Assembly (NCBI GenBank): GCA_001600695.1
Contig: BCKQ01000001.1
Span: forward strand, 1,200,362 to 1,264,361
From: Ascoidea asiatica JCM 7603
Lineage: Eukaryota; Fungi; Ascomycota
Direction: 5' to 3'
Length of the DNA stretch: 64,000 nucleotides
The translations under genes and the position numbers were made by a program. The notes beneath the pieces are model-generated. The model did not search any database and was not told where the DNA came from. It saw only the letters and a list, made by a program, of their open reading frames with translations. The first letter of the stretch is position 1. Every line of letters starts with the position of its first letter. Positions 24,614 through 37,470 of this stretch are shown here, in pieces.

Positions 24614-25448
24614 GATTATTATGACATTTATGATGATTATTAGTAAGAACTAAATGAATTAGAATGAATTAGAATGTAATTGATTAATATAATGAATTGA
24701 TATTGGATATTTAATATTTAAACCTTTATTTATTTGATATATTTTATATATTTTATTTATTTGATATATTTTATATACTGTATTTGATAGAGGCACATAG
24801 ATTTAGACACAGTTAATAATTGAATTAGGCAATTTAAAAAGATGAGGTGGTGAATTGAAAACACCCCGGGTTACGTAAGCAGGAGGTAAGCAGGGAGTTG
24901 AGGCCAGAGCTGTGGGTTCTCTCCACTTGAAGTGCTCAAACATAAAATTGCATTAAAGCACGTTAACCACTTCAATGGGTCTAATCAGTTGTCGCCAGAA
25001 TAACGGGGTTAGTGCACATGACCTGTCTTCTTGACTAAACAGAGAGTGGCGGTGGGAGTGGCGGCAGAGGAGAACTGCGATTGGGCAGGATGACCCCTCA
25101 GCCTGAACTACGGTGGTGATCAGTGGTGGTGCTTATCGGTAGTAGTAGTGGTAGTGGTAGTTTGCTCCCTCGAGTGCATCGCCCTTTTATCGTCCATGTG
25201 CTTTGCTGCTTGGCTTCTTTGCTTCTTTGCTTCTGTTGTTTTGTTCTTCTGGTCATGGATATTTAAACCAGAGCTGAATCATGATACGAATGGATTGATT
25301 GATTACTCTTAAATATATTCTATATCTAATATATTCTATATCTAATATACTCTTATTTATAATTGCAATCCATTTCATATTCAATCAATCAATTAATCAA
25401 TAAATAAATAAATCAATTAACTAAACACTAATATAATATAATATCAAA

Positions 25449-25823
25449 ATGAGATCTCAATTCAAAGATGAACATCCATTTGAAAAAAGAAAAGCAGAAG
25501 CTATGAGAATTCGTCAAAAATTCACAGATAGAATTCCAGTAATTTGTGAAAAAGTTGAAAAATCAGATATTCAAGAAATTGATAAAAGAAAATATTTAGT
25601 ACCTTCAGATTTAACAGTTGGACAATTTGTTTATGTTATAAGAAAAAGAATTAAATTACCTGCAGAAAAGGCAATTTTTATATTTGTTAATGATATTTTA
25701 CCACCAACCGCTGCTTTAATGTCAAGTATTTATGATGAACATAAAGATGAAGATGGCTTTTTATATGTTTTATATTCTGGTGAAAATACTTTTGGTAATG
25801 AGAATGGTAATATAAACATATAA
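25449..25823 (+). CDS. ATG8: Ubiquitin-like autophagy protein Atg8
   Basis: Near-identical to fungal Atg8 ([38 protein letters not shown]). Confidence 0.98.
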   Translation: MRSQFKDEHPFEKRKAEAMRIRQKFTDRIPVICEKVEKSDIQEIDKRKYLVPSDLTVGQFVYVIRKRIKLPAEKAIFIFVNDILPPTAALMSSIYDEHKDEDGFLYVLYSGENTFGNENGNINI

Positions 25824-25972
25824 ACATATAAACATATAAACATATACAATTCAAAATATACAATTTAAAATATATCTAATAATATAAAAAAATAACTGCT
25901 CTCATGCTTCAATTCTATCTCATGTCTCCTGTTGCTTATGATTCTTCTTCTCTTCTCTTCTTCCTTTCTCTT

Positions 25973-26043
25973 CTCTATCTATCTCTATCTCTATCTCTAT
26001 CTATCTCTATCTCTATCTCTATCTCTATCTCTATCTCTATCTC
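25973..26043. repeat. (CTATCT)n hexanucleotide microsatellite
   Basis: Near-perfect run downstream of ATG8. Confidence 0.9.
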
Positions 26044-26391
26044 TTATTTATCTCTTTTCTCTTTCTGTTTCTTTCCTCGTAACTTCTGATAATAAACAAA
26101 CTTCTCTTATCTCATTCTTTGCCACTCACCATCCTCACACCAGCCTTGCTTACATAACAAACACCACTTTATTACGTACCCCATATACTAATTTCTATCC
26201 TTTAATTTCTTGATCCTTTATTTTTTATTGTTTATTGTTTATTTTTTATTGTTTAATGTTTAATGAAACGATAAAGGAAATGATGAATTAAACCAAATGA
26301 TATTCATTAATATATAAAGTATCATTCAAGGAATATCATTGGAATACTATTGGAATACTATTGGAATACCCTTAAGAACAAATATATTATA

Positions 26392-27334
26392 ATGTCTTCA
26401 TTAAATTTAATAAACTTATCTGATCATTTACAATATTATTTCTCAAATAAAAATTCATTAAAAAATTATAATATAAATTTACCAATAGATTTAATTTCAA
26501 TTTCAATTTCAATTAATAAACAAAAAAAATTTAATAATTTAAAAGATAAAATTATTTTATTTTTAGAAAAAATAACTGAAAAAGTTATAAATTTTATAGA
26601 AATTTATTTAAATTTAAATAATAATTCATATCTTTTAAATTTATCAAATTTTAAAAATTGGTTTATTTCTTTTATAAATTTTACAAATACTTATAATTTA
26701 TTTTATTTTAATTCAATTTCTTTAAATAATATTAATAATAATTCTAATTCAATTAATCATTCAAATAATATAAGTAATAGTAATAGTAATAGTAATAGTA
26801 ATAGTAATATAAATAATAATAATATAAATTTAAATGATTTAACTATTAATCAATTAAATGATAATATTTATCAAATTAATAATTTTAATAATTTTAATCA
26901 ACTTAATTATAATACTAATATTAATCAATTAAATGATTATACTCAATTCTCTTATAATCATTTAACTAAATTAAATAATACAATCAATGATATTAATAAT
27001 AATGATATTAATAATAATGATAAGAATTTTAATAAAAATTTGAATGAAAATTTTAATGAAAATTTTAATTCACTTTATAATTATGAAAATTATTTCATAA
27101 TCTCTTCTGATTCTTTTTCTTCTCAATATTATAGTCCAATTTCTAAATTTTTTAATTATTATTTATTTCAATTTCAAATTGATTTAAATTTAAATTTAAA
27201 TTCATATTCAAATTCAAATTCTAATTCAAATTCAAATAATACTTTTATTTCAAAAAATTATAATTCAATTGATCTTAATTCAAATTTAATTAATTTTTTC
27301 ACAAATATTTATATATATAAATCAATTTTAAAAT

Positions 27335-27366
<32 letters not shown>

Positions 27367-28740
27367 AATAATGATAATAATTTAATTAAAAATTTTAATT
27401 TTAAAAATAATGTTTTAATTAACTTTAATAATTTACAAATAAATTTATTAAATTTATTAAATTTAAATGATTTAAATTTAATTTTAAAAAATTTAAATTT
27501 TAATCAAATTATCTCTCAAAATTATTTAATTTCAATTCAAACTTTTGAAATAATTTTTAATTTATGGTTTAATAAAATTGGTCTTAATTCTTTATCTAAT
27601 GATAATGATCTCAATATTGATATTGATTTTAATATTAATAATATTGATAACAATATTAATAAAAAAAAGAAGAGGAATAGAAGAAATAGAAATAGATTTA
27701 AGAAAAATAAAATGAAATTTAATAAAGAAAAAAATAAAGAAAAAGAAATTGAAAATAAAGAGATTAAATTTGAAAATGAAAAAAAAGATGGATTGAATAA
27801 TGAATTAATTGAAAAAGTAATTGAAAATGAATTAAATAATGAATTAAATAATGAATTAAATAATGAACTTGATAATTCACTTAATAATTCTCTTGATAAT
27901 GAACTTGATGATGTTAATAGTTATGAAAATATAGATGATTTACTTTTAAAAATGAATATAAATAAAATAAATTCAGAAAATATTAATATAAATTCAATTA
28001 ATAATAATCCAAATATTGGTATAAATCGATTATATAATGATTTTTTACAAAATAATTTTGATCCAATGATTAATTCCCTGATTAATTCAATTACAAATTC
28101 ATATGATAATATAAATTATGATTCAAATTTAAGAAGAAATTTACTTGAATTAGATATTTTAGGTTCCTCTAATTATACTACTACAACCACAAATAATATT
28201 TATAAAAGTAGTAAATATAGAAAAGAAAAGGAGAGGAAAAAAGATAAAGAAAAGAATAATTTTAAATTAAATTTAGAAAATAATTTTAATTTTGAAAAAT
28301 TTTATGATAATTTTAAAGGTAAAATTTTTCTTGATTGTTTTTATAAAATTTTTAATAATAATAATGAACTTTTAGCAGAATGTGATATATTACGTATAAG
28401 AAATTTATATTCAATATTTTATTCAAAAAATTTATTATTTTCATCAAAAAATTCAATTTATTCATCACAAAAATTATTTTCAAAAAATATTAAATATTCA
28501 TTATTAAAAAAAATTCATATAAATAATTATATTAATGATCCAATAAATACATTAAATGAAGATTTAAATAAAGATTTAAATGAAGATTTAAATGAAGATT
28601 TAAATGAAGAATTTAATAAAAATATTTCTAATTATATAAATGAAGATATAATTGATTTATTAATATTAAAATTAAAATTTCCAATTGAAGTTCCAATTCA
28701 AATTCCATTTGATTCAATTGATTTATCTAATTATTCATAA
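26392..28740 (+). CDS. Orphan Asn-rich protein of unknown function with basic NLS-like cluster
   Basis: About 780 codons without a stop in extremely AT-rich DNA; first ATG at 26392; KKKKRNRRNRNRFKK; no family recognised. Confidence 0.7.
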
Positions 28741-29094
28741 TTTTTTAACATTTTAATAGAAGTATTATTATATAATAAACATTATATTTGAACTTGTAGT
28801 CAAACTGGAAATTTCTATTATTTTCTCTGTCTGTTCAATAACTTAACCCAATAAGGGTCATTAATCAAATTCAGTAATGTTTTTGTCAGTTACTCATTCA
28901 ATTACTTCATTGGATTTGCTTATTGAAAGGGATTGCAATTTGTGATTGTTCTTCAATCTCCAGGAGTTGATTCTAAAAGTGCTTCAAGTGCTTTAAGTGC
29001 TTTAAGTGCTTCAAGTGCTTCAAGTGCTCAGAAATAAATAAATCATTTCAAATCCACAGAAAGAAATGGAAATGAATTCAAAAACGAAAACGAA

Positions 29095-29196
29095 ACGCGT
29101 CTGAAGAAGAAAAAAAAGAAAAAAAAGAAAAAAAAGAATTTTCGTGTTTTTTCGTGTTTTCGTGTTAGAGCCCTGGCGACAACTTTTCAGGGCTCT
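29095..29196. promoter_or_regulatory. MCB (ACGCGT) plus three tandem SCB (CACGAAAA, minus strand) plus a 9-bp inverted repeat
   Basis: ACGCGT 29095-29100; TTTTCGTG at 29139, 29149 and 29157; AGAGCCCTG-12nt-CAGGGCTCT at 29167-29196. Confidence 0.6.
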
Positions 29197-29590
29197 GCCT
29201 GCGTTGTTTTCTTACGCGGTTGAATTGAAATGAAAATACTCGACTTTTTGTTGATGAATGTGAAATAAAGAAATAAACAAGCAAATAAACAAGTAAATAA
29301 AGAAATAAACAAGTAATCAGTCGATGAATTCATCTCAATTCACTTCAATTCATCTCAATTCATTTCAATTCATCTCAATTCCTAGTTCTCATTCAAAGCA
29401 AATACAGTGTTGAAGAGATTAGTACAAAGGAAGTAGTTCCAATGATACCAAAAGGGAAACTATAATTCAATGACCTTTCACTCTTTAAAATCTATAATTT
29501 TGGTTTATTCCTGATAAGTTTTTTGATAAACTATTAATACATTATCAATTCAATTGTAATATATCAATAAGAAAAAGAATATAATTCATA

Positions 29591-31636
29591 ATGGATATGC
29601 AAGTGTATGGGGATATGAATATGAATATGAATATGAATATGAATATGAATATGAATATGAATATGGATATTCAAAATGACAATAATAATAAACAAATTAA
29701 TAATCAAATTGATCAAATTAATCAAAATGAGGATAATAATAAAGATAATAATGAACATTCAAATATATCAAATTTAGAAAAACATAAATTTTTATTCATC
29801 TTAACTGGAATTCAATCAATTAATAAATTATTAATAAAAAATTGTGAATGTTTTAATTTTATAAGTTTAAAATTAATAAAATTTTTTAAAGAATTTTTAT
29901 TATTTAAAAATTTTAAAATTTTTTTTTTACAAAATTCTTATTTTATTTCAAATTTTGAATATATTTATTATTTTTTATCTTTACCAAATTATTCAAATCT
30001 TTTATTTAATTCAATTATTTATAATTTTAATGATTCTCCATATGATCAACCAAGACAAATTTGGAATCCAATTAATAACCTTTTATTATCTAAAAAATTT
30101 AAAATTTCTTCAATCTCAAATAATTCTAATAATTCTAGTGATATAAGCAATGATATAAGCAATGATAATGATAATGATAATGAAGAATCTTTAAATATAA
30201 AAAATGATAATAAAAATAAATTAAAATCTAGAAAACTTTTAAATATTCAAAAAATGAATCTTTTAAATGAATTTCATGATATTTTACCTTCTTTAAATTC
30301 AATCAAAATTCAAAATTCTCATATTATTAATATTATTAATCATTTTCTTTTCTCAAATGATATTAATAACTTAAATAACTTAAATAAATTAAATAAATTA
30401 AATAAATTATTTAAATCTTATATTATTAATAATTTAAATAATTTAAATAATTTTAATAAATTTAATCTACAATTTATAAATAAAAATAATTTTAAAAATA
30501 ATTTAAAAAATTTCTTAATAAATTTCTCATTTAAACCAATTTTAATCATTTTAAATAATATAAATATTACTAATAATAATATAATTCAAAAAAAGAAAAA
30601 AAATGATATAGTTTTTTTAAAAAATTTTCAAAAACGTTCTTTAAATAATTTAAAAATTGATGGATGTTTTTTAATTAAAAGATCTTCAATATTATTAATT
30701 CAATTTAAATTTAATAATGAAATTTCTTTATTAAAATTTGCTTTTAATAATAATTTAAAAAATAATTTTAAAAATTTACAAATCATTAGTCATATTTTAA
30801 AAGAAGCAATTTATTTTTGTATTATTTTTAAATGTTCAAAAATTTTATTAATTGATCAAAATGAATCAATTTTTTTAATTATGCCTTCAAATATTATAAA
30901 TAATAATAATAAAAAAAATAAAATAAATACAATTACAAATAATAAATATACAAAATTATATTCTTTTAAAGAAATTTCTTTTACATATTTCATATTATCT
31001 GAATTAAATTTATCTTTAAATTTTGCTTTAATTTATATTTTATCATCATCAATATCTTCAATTCATAAAAAATCAAATAAATATTATTTAAAAGATAAAT
31101 TAATTTTAAAAAATTTAATTTTTTTAGAAAAATATATAAAATTTTCAAATTCAAATGAACAAAAATTTGTTTTAAAAAAAAATGCATTAAATTTTGCAGC
31201 TTATTTATATTTTAATAAATTTAAAAATTCATTATTAGTTTTTAAAACTCCATTAAAAATTTTAAAAATTTTACAATTTAAACCTGGTAAAGGTCAATTA
31301 AGTGAAGTTTTTTTAATTTCAAATGAAAATTTAATTCAAAATAAAAATATAAATTTTGCAATAATTAAAATTTTTGATCCAAATTATTTATGTGATTTTA
31401 AATTAAATTTATTAGAATTAAAAAATTATTCACCAATTAAAGAATCAAAACATTATTATAAATCTGCTTCTAAACAATTTTTTAAAGAAGTTGAAGTTTA
31501 TGATAAATTAAAACATCTTCAAGGTGATATTATACCTTATAAATTATCACAAGGTTATATTGAAACAAAAGTTATAAAAAATAATATTGAATATGAAATT
31601 AGTGGATTATTTATTGTTATTGAATATTGTTTATCA

Positions 31637-31676
<40 letters not shown>

Positions 31677-31960
31677 TACAAAATAAAAAAGCTTTATCAT
31701 TAGGTTTAAATAATCTTGAAATTTTACATTCATATAATATAGTTCATGGAGATATTAAAAGAAATAATTTTATTTTAATTTATGATGAATTTAATAATTT
31801 AGATCAATTTATTTTTATTGATTTTGGATTAGCAAAAATTGATGAAGAAGCAACAAATGAATTAAAATTAGAAGATATAAATAATTTAATTCATTCTTTT
31901 TTTCCAACAGCTCTAGATGTTAAAGAATTATGTTATTGTTTTGAAAATTTAAACAAATAA
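29591..31960 (+). CDS. Atypical protein-kinase-like protein with a putative restriction-endonuclease-like central domain
   Basis: Kinase motifs FAIIKIFD, FFKEVEVYDKLKHLQG..IP, HGDIKRNN, FIDFGLAK and a very short C-lobe; central KIDGCF...ILLIQFK resembles PD-(D/E)xK. Confidence 0.75.
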
Positions 31961-32221
31961 TTTATATATTCTTTAAGTTTTTATATAAAATTGCATTACT
32001 TTTTTTTTCCATTCCTCTTTTTTTAAAACTTTTAATAATCTTCAACTTGTATTCTACTTTCCTAATATTAAATCACTATTAATGTACGTCTAGTAAACTC
32101 ATCTTCAATGATTATTTCAAAAAAGTTATGTAATAATGTAATAATGTAATAATGTAATAAATAATATAATAATAAAAATAAAGGTTTATTTTATATTTAA
32201 TTGAAATTAGTGAAAAAATCC

Positions 32222-32293
32222 TGCCTTTCAAGGGAATCGAACCTGGGTTTCTTTGGCCACAACAAAGTGTACTAAAAACTATACGAGAACGGC
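32222..32293 (-). pseudogene. Degenerate tRNA-His(GUG) gene
   Basis: Reverse complement GCCGTTC TC GTATAGTTTTTAGTAC A CTTTG TTGTGGC CAAAG AAAC CCAGG TTCGATT CCCTT GAAAGGC A. Anticodon arm perfect, but D-loop GG is replaced by TT, there are 3 T-stem mismatches and one G-A acceptor mismatch. Confidence 0.85.
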
Positions 32294-32567
32294 TAATTGA
32301 TGAAATTCGCGAAAAAACATGAATTAAGAAACACTATACACTTTTTGATGTAAATATCATGTGACTGGTCATGTGATCTGCTTTTTTTTTGAGGATTGAA
32401 ATTTAATTTGTTGGTTGAAAGAGAAAATGAAGAAGTGAAATAAATAAAGATTGAAATGAAATGAATTGAATTGAATGAATGGACTTTAATGGACTTTAAG
32501 GGAATTGATATTATGTTTGGAGTAGAATTATTGGAGTAGAATTATTGGATAAGAAATAGATATTAAA

Positions 32568-33449
32568 ATGTTTAAATATTCAATTAAGAAAGAAATGAAT
32601 AATATCAAAAATGTTAATAAATTGTCAATATTAAATTTCTCACGTTCATATAAAATTTCAATTAAAAAAGATTTAAATAAAAGTAATAGTAAATTGAATG
32701 GTTTATTAAATATAAAAACAAAAACGAATAGTAATTATAATAATAATAATAATAATAATGGAGAATTAGAAAATATTAAGAAAAGAATAACTTTAAAACC
32801 ATTAGAATCTAGGAAAACATTTTTAATTGATTTTTATAAAGAAATTTTTAATAATGATATAATTTTATTTTTACATCATAATAATTTAACAAAATTTGAG
32901 AATAATAATTTTAGACATGAAATTTTAAAAATTACTTCAAATGAAGGTAATTTACATATTATTAGAAATAATTTATTTAAAGTTTTTTTAAAAAATCAAA
33001 ATTTAAAAGATCCAGCTGGTTTAAGAAATGAAAAAAATACAATTAAAAAATCTATTGAAAAAGACAATAATAATAATAATAATTTAAATTATAAGAAATT
33101 AAAGAAAATTATTAATGGACCAACATGTATAATAACATTTAAAGAGAATAAACCTGAATTAATTAAGAAATTAATTAATAAATTTTTAATTAATACAAAT
33201 GAAAAATTAATTTTAATTGGAGGTAAAATTGAAGATAAAATTTATAATTTAAAAGATTTAAATAAATTTAAATTATTAAATAATAAAATTCAATTACAAA
33301 ATGAATTAATTGGATTATTAAGTATTTTAAGTGGAATTGGATTAATTAAAACTTTACAATCAACATCAGAAAATTTATATTTAAATTTAAAAAGTCATGA
33401 AGATAATATTAATTCAAAAAAAGATGTTGATGTTAATGAGATTAAATAA
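32568..33449 (+). CDS. MRPL11: Mitochondrial ribosomal protein uL10m
   Basis: Basic presequence; KPLESRKTFLIDFYK, LFLHHNNL, IIRNNLFKVFL, GPT, LYLNLKSH. Confidence 0.9.
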   Translation: MFKYSIKKEMNNIKNVNKLSILNFSRSYKISIKKDLNKSNSKLNGLLNIKTKTNSNYNNNNNNNGELENIKKRITLKPLESRKTFLIDFYKEIFNNDIILFLHHNNLTKFENNNFRHEILKITSNEGNLHIIRNNLFKVFLKNQNLKDPAGLRNEKNTIKKSIEKDNNNNNNLNYKKLKKIINGPTCIITFKENKPELIKKLINKFLINTNEKLILIGGKIEDKIYNLKDLNKFKLLNNKIQLQNELIGLLSILSGIGLIKTLQSTSENLYLNLKSHEDNINSKKDVDVNEIK

Positions 33450-33519
33450 ATATATAAAATAAGTAATTGAATATGTATGTAAATAGACTATTATAATAAA
33501 CTAAAATTATATTTTATCT

Positions 33520-33559
<40 letters not shown>

Positions 33560-33598
33560 ATATAATATTGTAGTATATAGTAGTATAATTGAGAACGT

Positions 33599-34411
<813 letters not shown>

Positions 34412-34934
34412 TTATTATTTACAAAGTAATTTGATTAAAAGAAATATATATTATATATTATATATTATATATTATATTATATTGACATTAATATATTCAA
34501 TTGAATTGAGTTGATTGAAATGAAATGAAATGAAATGAAATGAAATAAGATTTGTTCTGGGATTGTTTGGAAAATGATTTGTAGAAACGAGCGAAGAAAA
34601 AGGAACAGAGGAAAAACAGAGAAAAAACAGAGGAAAATGAAGACAGGACCAGAGGAAGGGGACCAGAGGAGGGAGGGTACCACTACCACTGGAGCGGGAG
34701 AGAGACCCCGGGTGGTCAGGTGACGGCACGTGAGGAGTGTGGTGAGGCAGAGGGTGCAGCGAAGTGCAGACACTAGGTGAGACCAGAATAGTGGCACTCC
34801 TTTGATCTCAAAAATACCAGTCCGATGGGTCGCTGTGCAAGTATGTTTGATATACCTGGCAGTACTCACCGGTACATTGCATCCATGTGCCTGGTTCCAG
34901 ATACGTAGTTCAATTTCCACTGGAAACAATCCAC

Positions 34935-34991
<57 letters not shown>
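34935..34991. repeat. (AGT)19 microsatellite
   Basis: Perfect run at the edge of the ADK1/MSC2 GC island. Confidence 0.95.
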
Positions 34992-34992
<1 letters not shown>

Positions 34993-35357
34993 TATTAATA
35001 TATTACTCGCTTTTAACTCCAATAACCACTTTTATCTATTTTATCAATTTTATCAATTTTATCAATTTACTCGAATCATCTGAAATATTTATTCAATGTT
35101 CCAATAAGAATAATAAGAATAGTAAGATAAATAAATAACTATATTCATTGTCTATTATTCAATTCAGTTATTCAATCATAATCATCTAATATTATAATCA
35201 TTTACAAGTTACTCAATTCAATTCAATTCAATTCAATTCAATTCAATTAATTCAATTCAATTCACTTTTAATTCAATTTATAATCAATTTATAATCTTCT
35301 TTTTGCATTCGTATTTCTATCTTATTTAATTCAATCAAATCTTCATATATTCTAAAA

Positions 35358-36050
35358 ATGTCTGATTCTGATCATTCTCATTCTCATAATCATAATCATA
35401 CTCATGATCATGAACATGAACATTCTAATGACCATTCTCATTCTCATAATGATTCTAATATTCATGATGAACATAATGAACAAAATGAACATAATCAATT
35501 CAATTCAATCTCAATTCCAGTTCCTGATAATTTAAATAATTATAATATTAATATTACTCCAATTAATCATAATCATATTCATAATCACTCTCATAATAAC
35601 TCTTATAATACATTCTCAAATACAAATTTCATAAATCCTACAAATATTTATAATCTAAATAATTCAAATGATATAGATCTTAATAATACTAATAATTCAA
35701 ATAATTTAAATAATTTAAATAATTTAAATAATTTTTCAAATCATTTAATAAATTTCTTTAATTATTTTTTACCATTTATAAAAAATAATTATTTTTTTAA
35801 AAATTATATACAATTTAATTTTTTTTTTTTAAAAAATTTATTATATAATTTATTCTCAAATAATGAAACAAAATCAATAACTCAATTTTTAATTTTAAAT
35901 TTTCTTTTTATGATAATTCAAATGATTTATTCATTTAAATCAAAATCTTTAGGTTTATTCTCTGATTCTTTACATATGTTATTAGATTGTTCTTCATTAT
36001 CTATTGGTTTATTTGCAAAATTTGTTTCAAAAGAAAATAAAAGTATTTTT

Positions 36051-36096
<46 letters not shown>

Positions 36097-37406
36097 TATC
36101 TAATAAGTTATCTAATAAAAATTCATTAAAATCAACTTCAACAGATTTAAATAATTTAAATTCAAAAAATGATATTTTATCTCAAATTTTAATATCAAAA
36201 TATCCTTTTGGTTTATCAAGAATTGAAAATTTAGCTGCTTTCATTAATGGAATTTTATTATTATCAATTGTTCAAGATATTTTTTTTCAATCAATTGATA
36301 GAATCTTTAATCCAGTTTCTTTAATTAATATTAATCAATTATTAATTGTTTCAACTTTAGGTTTATTAGTTAATTTAATTGGAATTTTTGCTTTTAATCA
36401 TGGTCATGATGGTCATTCTCATTCTCATTCACATTCTCATTCTCATTCTACTTCAAATGAACAAAATAATAATAATAGTAATAATGACGATAATATGCAT
36501 GGAATTTTTTTACATATTTTAGCAGATACTTTAGGTTCTGTTGGAGTTATTTTAAGTACATTATTATTAAAATTTTTTCCATATTTAAAATTCTTAGATC
36601 CAGTTTCTTCATTATTTATTATTGGTTTAATTTTTTTATCTTCTTTACCATTATTAAAAAATTCATGTTTTAATTTATTATTAGTCTTAGATGATAATGA
36701 AAAAATTAAAATTAATAATAATAATGGTTTTAATGAAAATAATTATCTTAATGCAGAAACTTTAATAAGAGAATTATTAAATGATTTATATGAATTACCT
36801 GGAGTTTCTAATTATTCTGTTGTTAGAATTTGGAAAGATACTGAATGTGAAGGTACTCATGATAATAATAATTGTGATAGTGATGATGAAGATTGTACTA
36901 TTGATTGTGATTCTGATAATGAAAATGATAATGAAAATGATCATAACCATAATCATTCTCACTTAAATGAAGAAAACTCTCATAAAGAATATTCTAACGA
37001 AGAACATTCTCATTCTCATAATTCAAATATAAAAGATACTCATACTAATAGTAATATACATAATCATAATCATAATCATATACATAATCATATACATAAT
37101 CATATACATAATCATGAAGAAGATCATGAACATACAAATGATGCAAATAGTAGTAATTTAATTGGATATATTCATATTCAATATTTAGATGGAGAAAATT
37201 CAACAATTATTAAAAAAAGATGTGAGAAATTAATTTTTGAGAAATATAGATTGAAATTATTTATTCAATTAGAAACAGAATCAAGTAATTGTTGGTGTAG
37301 AAATGGAACAATAAATCATCATCTGAATAGTAGTAGTAATAATAATAATAATAATAACAGTAATAGTTTTTTAAGAAAAAAGGAAAATTCTTCAATGTTT
37401 TTATAA
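35358..37406 (+). CDS. MSC2: Cation diffusion facilitator zinc transporter, Msc2-like
   Basis: YSFKSKSLGLFSDSLHMLLDC, YPFGLSRIENLAAFING, NMHGIFLHILADTLGSVGVI, His-rich loops, GYIHIQYLDGENSTIIKKR. Confidence 0.88.
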
Positions 37407-37470
37407 TAATTGTATTTAGTTATCACTTATATATTATATACTTAAATTAATAAATTAATTAATTAATTGA

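Noticed and set aside
25904-26213. SL/IS-repeat ORFs downstream of ATG8
   Set aside because: Translations of the (CTATCT)n microsatellite.
26280-26430. Box C/D snoRNA (ATGATGA ... CTGA)
   Set aside because: No rRNA-complementary guide next to the D box, it overlaps the ORF start, and the boxes are expected by chance in AT-rich DNA.
34472-35138. Three overlapping ORFs (poly-Tyr, poly-Ser) between ADK1 and MSC2
   Set aside because: Products of the (AGT)19 run and the stop-poor GC promoter island; no coding features.
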